From NCBI GenBank assembly GCA_027056215.1, contig JALULO010000143.1, positions 1 to 32,890 on the forward strand: 32,890 nucleotides of DNA, written 5' to 3'. The position numbers were made by a program, and so were the translations under genes. The notes beneath the pieces were generated by a model, which made no database searches, had not been told where the DNA came from, and saw only the letters and a program-made list of their open reading frames with translations. Below, piece after piece: positions 9,864 to 18,689 of this stretch. This DNA comes from Campylobacterales bacterium (GTDB lineage Bacteria > Campylobacterota > Campylobacteria > Campylobacterales > QNZT01). Position 1 is the first letter of the stretch; the number at the start of each line of letters is the position of its first letter.

Positions 9864-10413
9864 ATTTTCTACCTCTAAATATAGTCTCTTTAGGGGTTAT
9901 GTAAAAATCTGCTTCTATATCGTAACTATCCGTAACAATATCTTTTGTAACACATTTTTTTCGTTGTACAAAAACAACTGTTGGCTTTTTTATCAGTTTT
10001 TCGAAAAATCTATCATACATCCCTTTGCCAAAACCAACTCTTTTACAATCCCCGTCAACCCCTACAACAGGTACTATAATCATATCTACATCTTTTATCT
10101 TCATGTGGCTTTTGGGCGATTCATATATACCATACATGTTACGCGTTAAAGGTAATCTGTATTTTATCATTTTAAAACTTTCTTTCACTATAAAAGGAAC
10201 AAATATCTTACATTTAGATCTATAATCATTCATCATGTTTTTTAAATCAACTTCTATCTTCATCGGTAAATATACCAATATCGATTTAGGCTTTTTCTCT
10301 TTTACCAAACATTCAATAGATCTGGCAATAAGTTTGTCTTCAATATAAAATTTTTTATGTGAAATACGCTTTAAATCACCTAAACAACTTTTTCTAAAAC
10401 TTTTTTTATCCAA
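9814..10413 (-). CDS. 5-formyltetrahydrofolate cyclo-ligase
   Basis: 'MDKKSFRK' start (TTG), 'YGIYES', 'DMIIVPVVGVD...RVGFGKGMYDRFF'. Confidence 0.92.
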   Translation of the reverse strand: MDKKSFRKSCLGDLKRISHKKFYIEDKLIARSIECLVKEKKPKSILVYLPMKIEVDLKNMMNDYRSKCKIFVPFIVKESFKMIKYRLPLTRNMYGIYESPKSHMKIKDVDMIIVPVVGVDGDCKRVGFGKGMYDRFFEKLIKKPTVVFVQRKKCVTKDIVTDSYDIEADFYITPKETIFRGRKYDNRNNHCSWRSTSRW

Positions 10414-10468
10414 AATATAAGCCCCACTCTACTATAATCTTTTTTATTATTTTATCATAAGGATATAT

Positions 10469-11035
10469 ATGTTTACAAAAATAACAATTTTCTTTTTCAT
10501 TTCTATGCTTCTTTTAACTGGATGCGAAAGAAAACATAAAGAAGCACCGGCGAAAGAGCAAGCACCAAAAGTGGAAAAGCAACAAAGCAAAGCACCAAGT
10601 ACGATTACACTACATACAACATCTGGTAAAAATATTTTGCTTACAGCAACACCAAAAGGTATTTTATTTGGAGGTTATGAAGGTAAAGTTGTTATGCTTG
10701 ACTTTTTTGCGACGTGGTGTCCCCCTTGTCGTGCAGAGATACCACACTTAGCAGACATACAAAATGCGTTTAAAGACAAAGTTCAAATCATCGGTATATT
10801 GATGGAAGAGAATAAAGAAGATATCGATATACAAAAATTCGAAAGTGATCTAGGCATCAATTTTCCAGTGGCTAATTCACCAGCTAACTTTTCTCTTTCA
10901 GACGCACTAGGAGGTATCAAAAGTTTACCAACTATGGTTATGTATGATAAAGATGGTAACTATTTTACACACTATGTAGGTGCAGCACCTCAGGAAATGA
11001 TTGAAGCTGACTTAAACAGAGCTATAGCGAAATAA
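10469..11035 (+). CDS. TlpA/ResA-family thiol-disulfide oxidoreductase lipoprotein
   Basis: Lipobox 'LLTGC', 'DFFATWCPPCRAEIP', cis-Pro 'SLPT'. Confidence 0.92.
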   Translation: MFTKITIFFFISMLLLTGCERKHKEAPAKEQAPKVEKQQSKAPSTITLHTTSGKNILLTATPKGILFGGYEGKVVMLDFFATWCPPCRAEIPHLADIQNAFKDKVQIIGILMEENKEDIDIQKFESDLGINFPVANSPANFSLSDALGGIKSLPTMVMYDKDGNYFTHYVGAAPQEMIEADLNRAIAK

Positions 11036-11895
11036 TGTTCAACTTTTTTAAAAAAACTGCACAATCTATAAGAAATATTACACCAGCAAAACAGCAAAAA
11101 ATCTCAAAAGAGCAACTGGAAGAGATTTTACTCGAAGCTGATGTAACCTATGAACTTGTAGAAGAGATTATTTATTATCTGCCGCCCTCTGAAAATGTTT
11201 CAAAAGAAGCACTGCGTAAAGTGCTTTTGAGTTATTTTATAGAACCGATTAAAAGTCAGGAAATTACAGATAAACCATTTGTCGAACTTGTTTTTGGGGT
11301 TAATGGGGCAGGTAAAACAACAACCATCGCCAAACTTGCTTTTAGATACAAAACAAATGGTGAAAGTGTACTTCTTGGAGCAGCTGATACCTTTAGAGCG
11401 GCTGCTATTGCACAACTTCAAACATGGGCCAAAAAGCTAGATATCCCAATCGTAGCAACCAAACAGGGACACGATCCATCTGCTGTTGCTTATGATACCA
11501 TCAGTTCTGCTATTGCAAAAGATATTGACAGAGTCATCATCGATACAGCAGGTCGTCTGCATACACAATCGAATCTTGCAAAAGAGTTACAAAAAATTGT
11601 GCGAATTTGTGATAAAGCAAAAAGCGGTGCTCCACATAGAAAGATTCTTATCCTTGATGGTACACAGGGTAACTCTGCTATCAATCAAGCCCATGCATTT
11701 CATAAGATGATCGGTATCGATGCACTTATCATCACCAAACTTGATGGGACTGCAAAAGGTGGTGCACTTTTTTCTATCGCAAAAGAGATTCAAAAACCTA
11801 TCCTTTTTGTGGGCATAGGAGAAGGTAAGGCAAATCTTATCCCTTTTGTTAAAGAAAATTTTGTAGACTCTTTATTGGATGAAATCTACGCCTAA
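11035..11895 (+). CDS. ftsY: Signal recognition particle receptor FtsY
   Basis: 'GVNGAGKTTTIAKLA', 'DTFRAAA', 'DTAGRL', 'TKLDGTAKGG'. Confidence 0.97.
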   Translation: MFNFFKKTAQSIRNITPAKQQKISKEQLEEILLEADVTYELVEEIIYYLPPSENVSKEALRKVLLSYFIEPIKSQEITDKPFVELVFGVNGAGKTTTIAKLAFRYKTNGESVLLGAADTFRAAAIAQLQTWAKKLDIPIVATKQGHDPSAVAYDTISSAIAKDIDRVIIDTAGRLHTQSNLAKELQKIVRICDKAKSGAPHRKILILDGTQGNSAINQAHAFHKMIGIDALIITKLDGTAKGGALFSIAKEIQKPILFVGIGEGKANLIPFVKENFVDSLLDEIYA

Positions 11896-13244
11896 TGGCA
11901 AAGAAAAAATCACTCTTTGAGTGTCAAGCGTGTGGCTACCAAAGTGGCAAGTGGATGGGAAAATGTCCAAATTGCGGTGCATGGGATGAGTTTTTAGAAT
12001 TAAACGAAAACCAACAAGAAGTCCTTAAAGCCACATCTGTCAAAGTTACATCTAAACAAAAAGCTATCCCTATTACAGATATCAAAGAAGAGAGTTTTAG
12101 TAGATTCTCTTCCAATGACAGTGAACTTGATCTGGTTTTAGGTGGTGGCATTGTACCTGGTTCTTTGACGCTTATCGGAGGAAGTCCAGGGGTTGGAAAA
12201 TCAACATTACTTCTAAAAATAGGTGGAAATTTAGCAAAAAGTGATAAAAAAGTACTCTATGTTAGCGGTGAAGAGTCTTTAGGGCAGATCAAAATACGTG
12301 CCAATCGCCTTGATGCCAATCACCAAAAGCTTTATCTACTCTCCGAAATCAAACTTGAAGATGTTTTCAATGAACTTTATAAAGAAGATTTTGAAGTACT
12401 TATCATCGACTCTATCCAAACGCTCTACTCTGAAAAACTGAGCTCTGCTCCCGGAAGTGTTTCACAAGTACGTGAAATTACGTTTAATCTGATGCGTTAT
12501 GGAAAAGATCAAGATGTTGCTATTTTTATCATCGGGCATATCACCAAAGAGGGATCGATAGCGGGTCCTAGGGTATTGGAACATATGGTTGATACGGTTT
12601 TATACTTTGAAGGTGATGCCAATAGAGAACTGCGAATATTGCGTGGTATCAAAAACCGTTTTGGTTCAACCAGTGAAGTGGCGATATTTGAGATGCGTAA
12701 AGAGGGATTGATCAGTGCAAAAGATATCTCTAAAAAATTTTTTAGTCGTGGTGAAGCCGGAATCGGATCTGCAATCACAGTTGTCATGGAAGGTTCACGT
12801 CCTATTGTGTTAGAGGTACAAGCACTTGTTGCACAAAGCGGCTACCCAAACCCCAAACGAAGTGCCACAGGATATGAACTCAATCGTTTAACCATGTTAC
12901 TAGCACTACTGGAGAGAAAGCTTGATTTACCCTTTAATGAATATGATGTTTTTGTCAACATCGCCGGTGGTATTAAAATAGGTGAAACAGCTGCGGATCT
13001 TGCTATCATCGCTGCGATTATCAGTAGTTTTAGAAATCGTGCTGTAAGCAAAGATACGATTTTTGTCGGAGAGGTATCTCTTATAGGGGATATCAGAGAT
13101 ATTTATAATCTTGACATTCGATTAAGAGAGGCAAAAACTCAGGGATTCAAAAGGGCAATTGTGCCAAAATTACCTATAGAAAATATAAAAGATATCAAAT
13201 GTTTTGAAGCAACAGAAGTTTCAAAACTCATTGATTGGATGTAA
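11895..13244 (+). CDS. radA: DNA repair protein RadA/Sms
   Basis: Zn finger 'CQACG...CPNCGAW', Walker A 'GSPGVGKST', 'KNRFG', Lon-like C-terminus. Confidence 0.97.
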   Translation: MAKKKSLFECQACGYQSGKWMGKCPNCGAWDEFLELNENQQEVLKATSVKVTSKQKAIPITDIKEESFSRFSSNDSELDLVLGGGIVPGSLTLIGGSPGVGKSTLLLKIGGNLAKSDKKVLYVSGEESLGQIKIRANRLDANHQKLYLLSEIKLEDVFNELYKEDFEVLIIDSIQTLYSEKLSSAPGSVSQVREITFNLMRYGKDQDVAIFIIGHITKEGSIAGPRVLEHMVDTVLYFEGDANRELRILRGIKNRFGSTSEVAIFEMRKEGLISAKDISKKFFSRGEAGIGSAITVVMEGSRPIVLEVQALVAQSGYPNPKRSATGYELNRLTMLLALLERKLDLPFNEYDVFVNIAGGIKIGETAADLAIIAAIISSFRNRAVSKDTIFVGEVSLIGDIRDIYNLDIRLREAKTQGFKRAIVPKLPIENIKDIKCFEATEVSKLIDWM

Positions 13245-13253
13245 AGGAAAAAG

Positions 13254-13535
13254 ATGTCAAAAAATGCTTGTATCAAAGCTTATCACGAAATGGAAGAGAG
13301 ATATTCAAAACTCATACTCGAATACCATGATTTAGAACAAAAAGAAAACATTTTTAATGCTGCAAATGATATGATTAAAAAATATAATATTTATCCCACT
13401 AAAATCATCACACCTAAAGGAGAATTCCAAGGTGATTTTTGTTTAGAATTTCACGATGATTACGATAGAGACTCTTTAGCTTTTTTTGAAGACTTAATCA
13501 GAACACTCAATGTTGATCATTGTGAATTAGGCTAA
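13254..13535 (+). CDS. Small hypothetical protein
   Basis: Good RBS (AAGGA) right after the radA stop; 93 aa, acidic, 3 Cys. Function not recognised. Confidence 0.75.
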   Translation: MSKNACIKAYHEMEERYSKLILEYHDLEQKENIFNAANDMIKKYNIYPTKIITPKGEFQGDFCLEFHDDYDRDSLAFFEDLIRTLNVDHCELG

Positions 13536-13552
13536 TATGAGTACACGATAAC

Positions 13553-14275
13553 GTGAAAAGAGGTCTTTTAGATTTAACACTTTTGTATTGTGGGTGTTAC
13601 TGGTTTGTGACATTCACAGTGACTGTATTACTCACTTGGGTAATCGGTCTTGTGATGCATGCATCAATTCTATCTATAACTTTGTTTATGATAGGTGTAA
13701 TTGCTTTTATCTGGGTAAGTTGGCTTTACTTTGTCAAGCTTGGTGCAGAATATCGTAAAGACTTTTTCAAACTTCTTGAGAAAAAAGGTGTTAAAGATGC
13801 GAAACTAGAGTGTCCGGAAATCAAAGCTTTTCAAGTTCCAAAAGTCACCCAAAAATGTCCACGTCAACGCAAAAAAGATGCACCTATGGCATACACAATC
13901 TCTTTCTTCTATCTGTGTAAAGAGTCAATCACTATCTATACAAAATGTGCACATTTCCATATCTTTAAAGTAGAAAAAGCAAAAGTTCCAGGTTCTATAT
14001 TTATCCCAAAATATAAAAACAAAGAAGCTTGTGGCGATATTTTAGAGTATTATTATTACTATATTCAGCGTGTGGAATTTGCAAATAATGAGATTGTTTT
14101 TTATTTTGCAGATGGATCATCAAAATCATTTCCTGTGGCGAAGAAACAAGCCACACCTATCATCAAAGAGATACGAAGTCACTTACGCGCAACGGCGCAA
14201 CGTAAGATGCTACACGGTTATAGAGAACCCCTCGATGTCAGGGTACATGGTCGTGTCAAACATACTAAGGAATGA
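13553..14275 (+). CDS. Hypothetical membrane protein (2 N-terminal TMs, basic soluble domain); start uncertain
   Basis: 240-codon ORF filling the gap before a terminator-like hairpin. The GTG start lacks a clear RBS. Confidence 0.65.
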   Translation: MKRGLLDLTLLYCGCYWFVTFTVTVLLTWVIGLVMHASILSITLFMIGVIAFIWVSWLYFVKLGAEYRKDFFKLLEKKGVKDAKLECPEIKAFQVPKVTQKCPRQRKKDAPMAYTISFFYLCKESITIYTKCAHFHIFKVEKAKVPGSIFIPKYKNKEACGDILEYYYYYIQRVEFANNEIVFYFADGSSKSFPVAKKQATPIIKEIRSHLRATAQRKMLHGYREPLDVRVHGRVKHTKE

Positions 14276-14293
14276 TACTTTTACATCATTCCT
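14268..14293. terminator. Hairpin between convergent genes, possibly a bidirectional terminator
   Basis: AGGAATGAT-acttttac-ATCATTCCT, a perfect 9-bp stem; no strong U-tract. Confidence 0.5.
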
Positions 14294-14301
14294 CGGTACA
14301 C

Positions 14302-15510
14302 TTAATGTAATTCTTCGTTAAGTTTCACTTCTCTCGTACTTCTAAACCCTTTGATTTCACCGGTGATACTATCTTGTCTGAAATGAATCCCATTTAGTCC
14401 AGCCAATGTAGCACCTTTAAAAATATCTGTATCCGCACCATCCCATTGAGGATTTGCTTCTTTTATTTTGTTATATTCATCCGTATCGATTAAAACTTTT
14501 GTACCTGCCAATATAGCAACTCCTGCATCTACGATACAACCATCACCCAAAGGAATACCCGTAACCGAGTTTGCTCCTAGAAGCGTATTTTGACCGATAG
14601 AGATAGGATTGCCATCAGTTCCACTTAAAACACCAAGGATACTTGCTCCACCACCAACGTCACTACCGCTTCCAACGATTGCAGAAGAGCTGATACGCCC
14701 TTCTACCATAACAGGACCTGTTGTACCTGCATTGAAGTTGATATAACTAGCACCTGGCATAACCGTTGTTCCAGGGGCTAGCTGTGCACCCATACGAACT
14801 TTACTAGCATCAAGGATTCTGGTATTGTCAGCTGGTATGATATGTTGTAAAAATCTAGGAAATTTATCAACAGAGTCGATCTGAGGATACATCCCATCTA
14901 CCTTTAATGAGATCTCATTTTCTCTAAGCCATGAGAGTTCAATCGGCATATTGCCACTCCATGCGACATTTTCAAGTATACCAAATGCACCATTGAGATT
15001 GATTTTACGTAAAGCTGCTTTACCTGTTGAAAGAGCATAAAGCTTAAGATAAACACTCTCAACAGATTTTGGTGCATCATCTTCAAAAACAAATACTACT
15101 TTAAAAGATTGTGCATCATCTACAACATTGGATTCAAACAAATCAGCGATTGCTTTAATAAGCTGTACATTTTTATGTGCATCACCTGTCGCTTCAGCTA
15201 TATATGGAGCAAAAAGCGCCATTGCATTATGCACAAATTCTTTAGAAATATTTGCAATAAATTCACTTCCACTACTATCAATTTCTATACCACTCTCTTG
15301 TAGTGCTGCCATAAAGACAGCAGCAGAACCATAGTTTTCATTCCAGTTTATAACAGGATATGTAGCCTGCAATATTTTTTCAGAATTTAACTGTCCTCTA
15401 TCTACTCTTGCGATACCAAATCCAATAGGATCCCTATAAGTGTCATTTTTTTTATAATCCTCAACAAACTGCGCAAACGCTTCTGTCGAATCAAGTGCTT
15501 TTATTGCCAT
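14302..15510 (-). CDS. dapD: Tetrahydrodipicolinate N-succinyltransferase (long Campylobacterota type)
   Basis: 'VDKFPRFLQHIIP', 'VRMGAQLAPGTTVMPGASYINFNAGT', 'VEGRISSSA', hexapeptide repeats, C-terminal 'LNEELH'. Confidence 0.95.
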   Translation of the reverse strand: MAIKALDSTEAFAQFVEDYKKNDTYRDPIGFGIARVDRGQLNSEKILQATYPVINWNENYGSAAVFMAALQESGIEIDSSGSEFIANISKEFVHNAMALFAPYIAEATGDAHKNVQLIKAIADLFESNVVDDAQSFKVVFVFEDDAPKSVESVYLKLYALSTGKAALRKINLNGAFGILENVAWSGNMPIELSWLRENEISLKVDGMYPQIDSVDKFPRFLQHIIPADNTRILDASKVRMGAQLAPGTTVMPGASYINFNAGTTGPVMVEGRISSSAIVGSGSDVGGGASILGVLSGTDGNPISIGQNTLLGANSVTGIPLGDGCIVDAGVAILAGTKVLIDTDEYNKIKEANPQWDGADTDIFKGATLAGLNGIHFRQDSITGEIKGFRSTREVKLNEELH

Positions 15511-15513
15511 ACA

Positions 15514-16968
15514 TTATCTCCTTTTGTTATGATTTCGATTTCTATCACCGCCACGACTATCACCATCACGTCTACGTTTATTATGACCTCTATTGTTGTA
15601 ACCACGATTACGACTTTTGCCTCTTTTTTTGCCATCATCATTTTTAAATCGTTCAAAAAGACGTTCTACCTCAGCACTGTTCATGCCTATCTTATCGGAT
15701 CCAGCAATGTCGTTTGCGCTATACATTAAAGAAGCTAGTTTAAGTGCTATATCTTCATCAACAAACTCTTTTTTCAAATCATCTACAAAATCTCTAGCAA
15801 GATCACTGATCTCTTGTTTAGCTACTTTATCCAGCATCGAACTTTTTTGACGCATTTGAACATCTGCAATATTAGGAATCACTTTTGATTCAAGCTGACT
15901 TCCAACATTTTTTTGAATCTTTTTCAAAGAGTTAAATTCATGCGGTGTTACAATCGAGATTGCAAGTCCATCTTTACCCGCACGTCCGGTTCTACCGATA
16001 CGATGAACATAACTTTCAGAGTCAAATGGTATATGATAGTTAAAAACATGGGTAACATTTTGAACATCTAAACCACGCGCTGCCACATCTGTTGCAATCA
16101 AAATCTCAAGATCATTACGTTTAAATGCACGGATTACCTCTTCTCTTTGACGCTGTTCCATATCTCCGTGTAAACCTTTGGCAGAATACCCTTTTGAAGA
16201 AAGAAATGTACTCAAACGATCTACCTCTCTTTTGGTACGACAAAAGACGATTGATTTATCAGGATTTTTAAAATCCATCAAACGAATCAAAGCATCATCT
16301 CTCTCACTTTCTTTAACAACATAATAATTTTGCTTGATATTAACATTGGTTACCTCATTTTTGGTGATGGTTACAAACTCTGGTCGGTAAAGAATCGTTT
16401 TAGAAAGTTCTCTGATAGCAGGAGGCATAGTCGCTGAGAACATAAGTGTTTGGCGTGGTGCATCAAAATAGGTAAAAATCTCTTTGATATCATCTAAAAA
16501 TCCCATATCCAGCATCTCATCAGCTTCATCTAAAACAACAAATTTTGGTTCGATGTTGATTTGACCATTGCTCAAAAGATCTAAAAAACGCCCTGGTGTT
16601 GCAACAACTACCGCTGCATTTTTAACATGTTTGATCTGTCTTGTGTAAGAACTTCCACCATATACTGTGGCAGTATTGATTCCAAGATACTTACCAAAAC
16701 GAAAAATTTCATCACTTACTTGTGTCGCTAACTCTCTAGTTGGCACAATTACAACTGCTTCGACACCGCCATCCAGTGAAAGCATATTTAAAATCGGTAA
16801 ACCAAACGCTGCTGTTTTACCCGTTCCTGTATGCGCTTGTGCTACGATATCTTTTCCCTCTAAAACGATAGGCATCGCTTCTTTCTGTACAGGACTAGGC
16901 TCTTTAAAGCCAGCATCATCAATCGCCTTTTGCAATTGATCTTTAAAGTTAAATTCTTTAAATGTCAT
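15514..16968 (-). CDS. DEAD-box ATP-dependent RNA helicase
   Basis: Q-motif, 'AHTGTGKT', 'PTRELA', 'TPGR', 'DEAD', 'SAT', 'ARGLD', 'HRIGRTGRAG', Arg/Gly-rich tail. Confidence 0.96.
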   Translation of the reverse strand: MTFKEFNFKDQLQKAIDDAGFKEPSPVQKEAMPIVLEGKDIVAQAHTGTGKTAAFGLPILNMLSLDGGVEAVVIVPTRELATQVSDEIFRFGKYLGINTATVYGGSSYTRQIKHVKNAAVVVATPGRFLDLLSNGQINIEPKFVVLDEADEMLDMGFLDDIKEIFTYFDAPRQTLMFSATMPPAIRELSKTILYRPEFVTITKNEVTNVNIKQNYYVVKESERDDALIRLMDFKNPDKSIVFCRTKREVDRLSTFLSSKGYSAKGLHGDMEQRQREEVIRAFKRNDLEILIATDVAARGLDVQNVTHVFNYHIPFDSESYVHRIGRTGRAGKDGLAISIVTPHEFNSLKKIQKNVGSQLESKVIPNIADVQMRQKSSMLDKVAKQEISDLARDFVDDLKKEFVDEDIALKLASLMYSANDIAGSDKIGMNSAEVERLFERFKNDDGKKRGKSRNRGYNNRGHNKRRRDGDSRGGDRNRNHNKRR

Positions 16969-17162
16969 TCATTCTCATTTCATGTTTGATACTGTGATAA
17001 ATCATATTATTTTACAATTGTTAACGTGTTTTATCGCTTTTGCATACACAAATATTTTGCTCTATAGTTCGTATCAAGTTTATATTTTTAATCTCATCTA
17101 AAACACTTAAGTATCCCAGATAGTTAAAAAAGAACCTAGGAAATGTATGCTGTATCTTAGAA

Positions 17163-17180
17163 GGTGCGCGATTATATCTA
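17163..17180 (-). promoter_or_regulatory. Sigma70 -10 box with GC-rich discriminator for the DEAD-box helicase
   Basis: Minus strand reads TAGA-TATAAT-CGCGCACC (TATAAT at 17176-17171), implying a leader of about 195 nt. Confidence 0.6.
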
Positions 17181-17225
17181 AATTTTTATGAAATTCATAC
17201 TAATTTAATCTTAATTTTTAAATTA

Positions 17226-18689
17226 TTATTTTTGAAAGACTTTTTTAAATGAAAACCTATTTTTACTTCGTAATAACGCCAGCTTCTCTTTACACTCTAA
17301 ATAGTATTGACCATTAGGGAAATGGTACAAATACGATTCATAGGCTGCGATTGTATTATGTTCACAAGCTTCATACCATACTTTATTATCATGCACTTTT
17401 ACATGTTGTTCACGAATGATAGTATCTATCATTTTGATCGCTTCTTGTTGAAATAGACCACTAGGATAGCTACTAAGATAATTTTCAAAAGATTCTTTGG
17501 TATGCTGCATTTTAGCTTTCATCCAAAACATAGTCTCTTTTTCAATAGCTTGTCGTACAGTGAGTATACCTTTGTAAGAGGGATCATCTAAATTGTGTAA
17601 ATATGATAGCGAATCGGGTACGGAGGTCAGATTGTTTTTATCAATCAGTAAGACTTTTAAGGTATGCATATTTCCTATGCTCTCTGGTAAACTTATGAGC
17701 TTATTGTTACCCACGTCTAACTTAACCAAATGTTGCAATTGGCTGATATTTTGAGGCAATGTTGAGAGTCGATTCCATCGAGCCACTAATAATTCAAGAT
17801 TTTCAAACTCTTCGATCCATGAAGGTAACTGCGTCAACGAATTTCCCAAAAGTGTCAATCTTTTAAGAGATTTCAATCCTCTTAGTGACTCAGGCAAATG
17901 ATCAAAAGCATTATAGCTGATATTTAAACTCTCCAACTGTGTTAAATTTCCTATAGAATCAGGTAATTGACTCAAAGCATTATTGTCTATTGTCAACTCT
18001 TTAAGATCAGATAGGTTTCCAATCCATTCAGGTAATTTTTTCAATGGATTATTGCTAATTTTTAACTTCTTTATAGAGGTAAGATTCTGCATCCACATAG
18101 GTAAAGTATCAAGATTGTTGTTACTAATATATAATGCATCTAGGTTTTTGAGATTTTCTATCGTCGAGGGGAAAAATATCAATCTATTATTACTGATATA
18201 AAACTCTTTTAAATTTATAAGTTTACTCATCGATTGGGGTATATTTCTTAATTTATTGGAGCCAAGATCAAGCTTTGTCAATTTCTCTAAATCACCAATC
18301 CACTCAGGTAACTGTGACAATGTGTTCTTATAAAGACTAAGTTCTTCTAAGTTTTCTAAGTTTTGAATCCATGTAGGTACAACTTCTAGCATATTTGAAC
18401 CCAAATCAAGAGAAATCAGGTTTTTTAACTCCCCTAAGACTTCCGGCAAATAAGTTAATTCACAATTAGATAAATCTAACTTTTTAAGCGTTCCGAGTGC
18501 ATATAAATCCCTTGGTAAACGTCTCTCTGCTATATGATGTTTATCTGCCCAGATCATTAACTGTTTGATATTATTAGAAATTGTGGCAGGTGTTGATTTA
18601 TGAGAAAGTACCTTTTGAATATTATCAAGATATACATCATAATTGTCAAACCTTTCTAATAACTGAATATATGTTTTTTCAATTGTCAT
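17226..18689 (-). CDS. Leucine-rich repeat protein (13 x 23-aa LRR) with two C-terminal helical 'YL..YP.G' repeats
   Basis: LxxLxxLxLxxNxLxxLPxxIxx repeats at residues 65-363, N-cap 'WADKHHIAERRLPRD', C-terminal 49-aa duplication. No signal peptide. Confidence 0.93.
   Translation of the reverse strand: MTIEKTYIQLLERFDNYDVYLDNIQKVLSHKSTPATISNNIKQLMIWADKHHIAERRLPRDLYALGTLKKLDLSNCELTYLPEVLGELKNLISLDLGSNMLEVVPTWIQNLENLEELSLYKNTLSQLPEWIGDLEKLTKLDLGSNKLRNIPQSMSKLINLKEFYISNNRLIFFPSTIENLKNLDALYISNNNLDTLPMWMQNLTSIKKLKISNNPLKKLPEWIGNLSDLKELTIDNNALSQLPDSIGNLTQLESLNISYNAFDHLPESLRGLKSLKRLTLLGNSLTQLPSWIEEFENLELLVARWNRLSTLPQNISQLQHLVKLDVGNNKLISLPESIGNMHTLKVLLIDKNNLTSVPDSLSYLHNLDDPSYKGILTVRQAIEKETMFWMKAKMQHTKESFENYLSSYPSGLFQQEAIKMIDTIIREQHVKVHDNKVWYEACEHNTIAAYESYLYHFPNGQYYLECKEKLALLRSKNRFSFKKVFQK

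Noticed and set aside
9451-10149. 232-aa plus-strand ORF and other antisense or nested ORFs (e.g. 1957-2364, 5468-5851, 8335-8649, 28772-29080)
   Set aside because: Shadows of well-supported genes; Ser/Phe-rich antisense composition, no RBS or motifs.
10414-10468. 6S RNA upstream of 5-formyl-THF cyclo-ligase, as in many proteobacteria
   Set aside because: The gap is only 55 nt and holds divergent promoter and RBS elements; too short for 6S RNA.
17226-18689. Roco, TIR-LRR or IpaH-like NEL effector
   Set aside because: No GTPase P-loop, TIR or NEL catalytic motif follows the LRRs.
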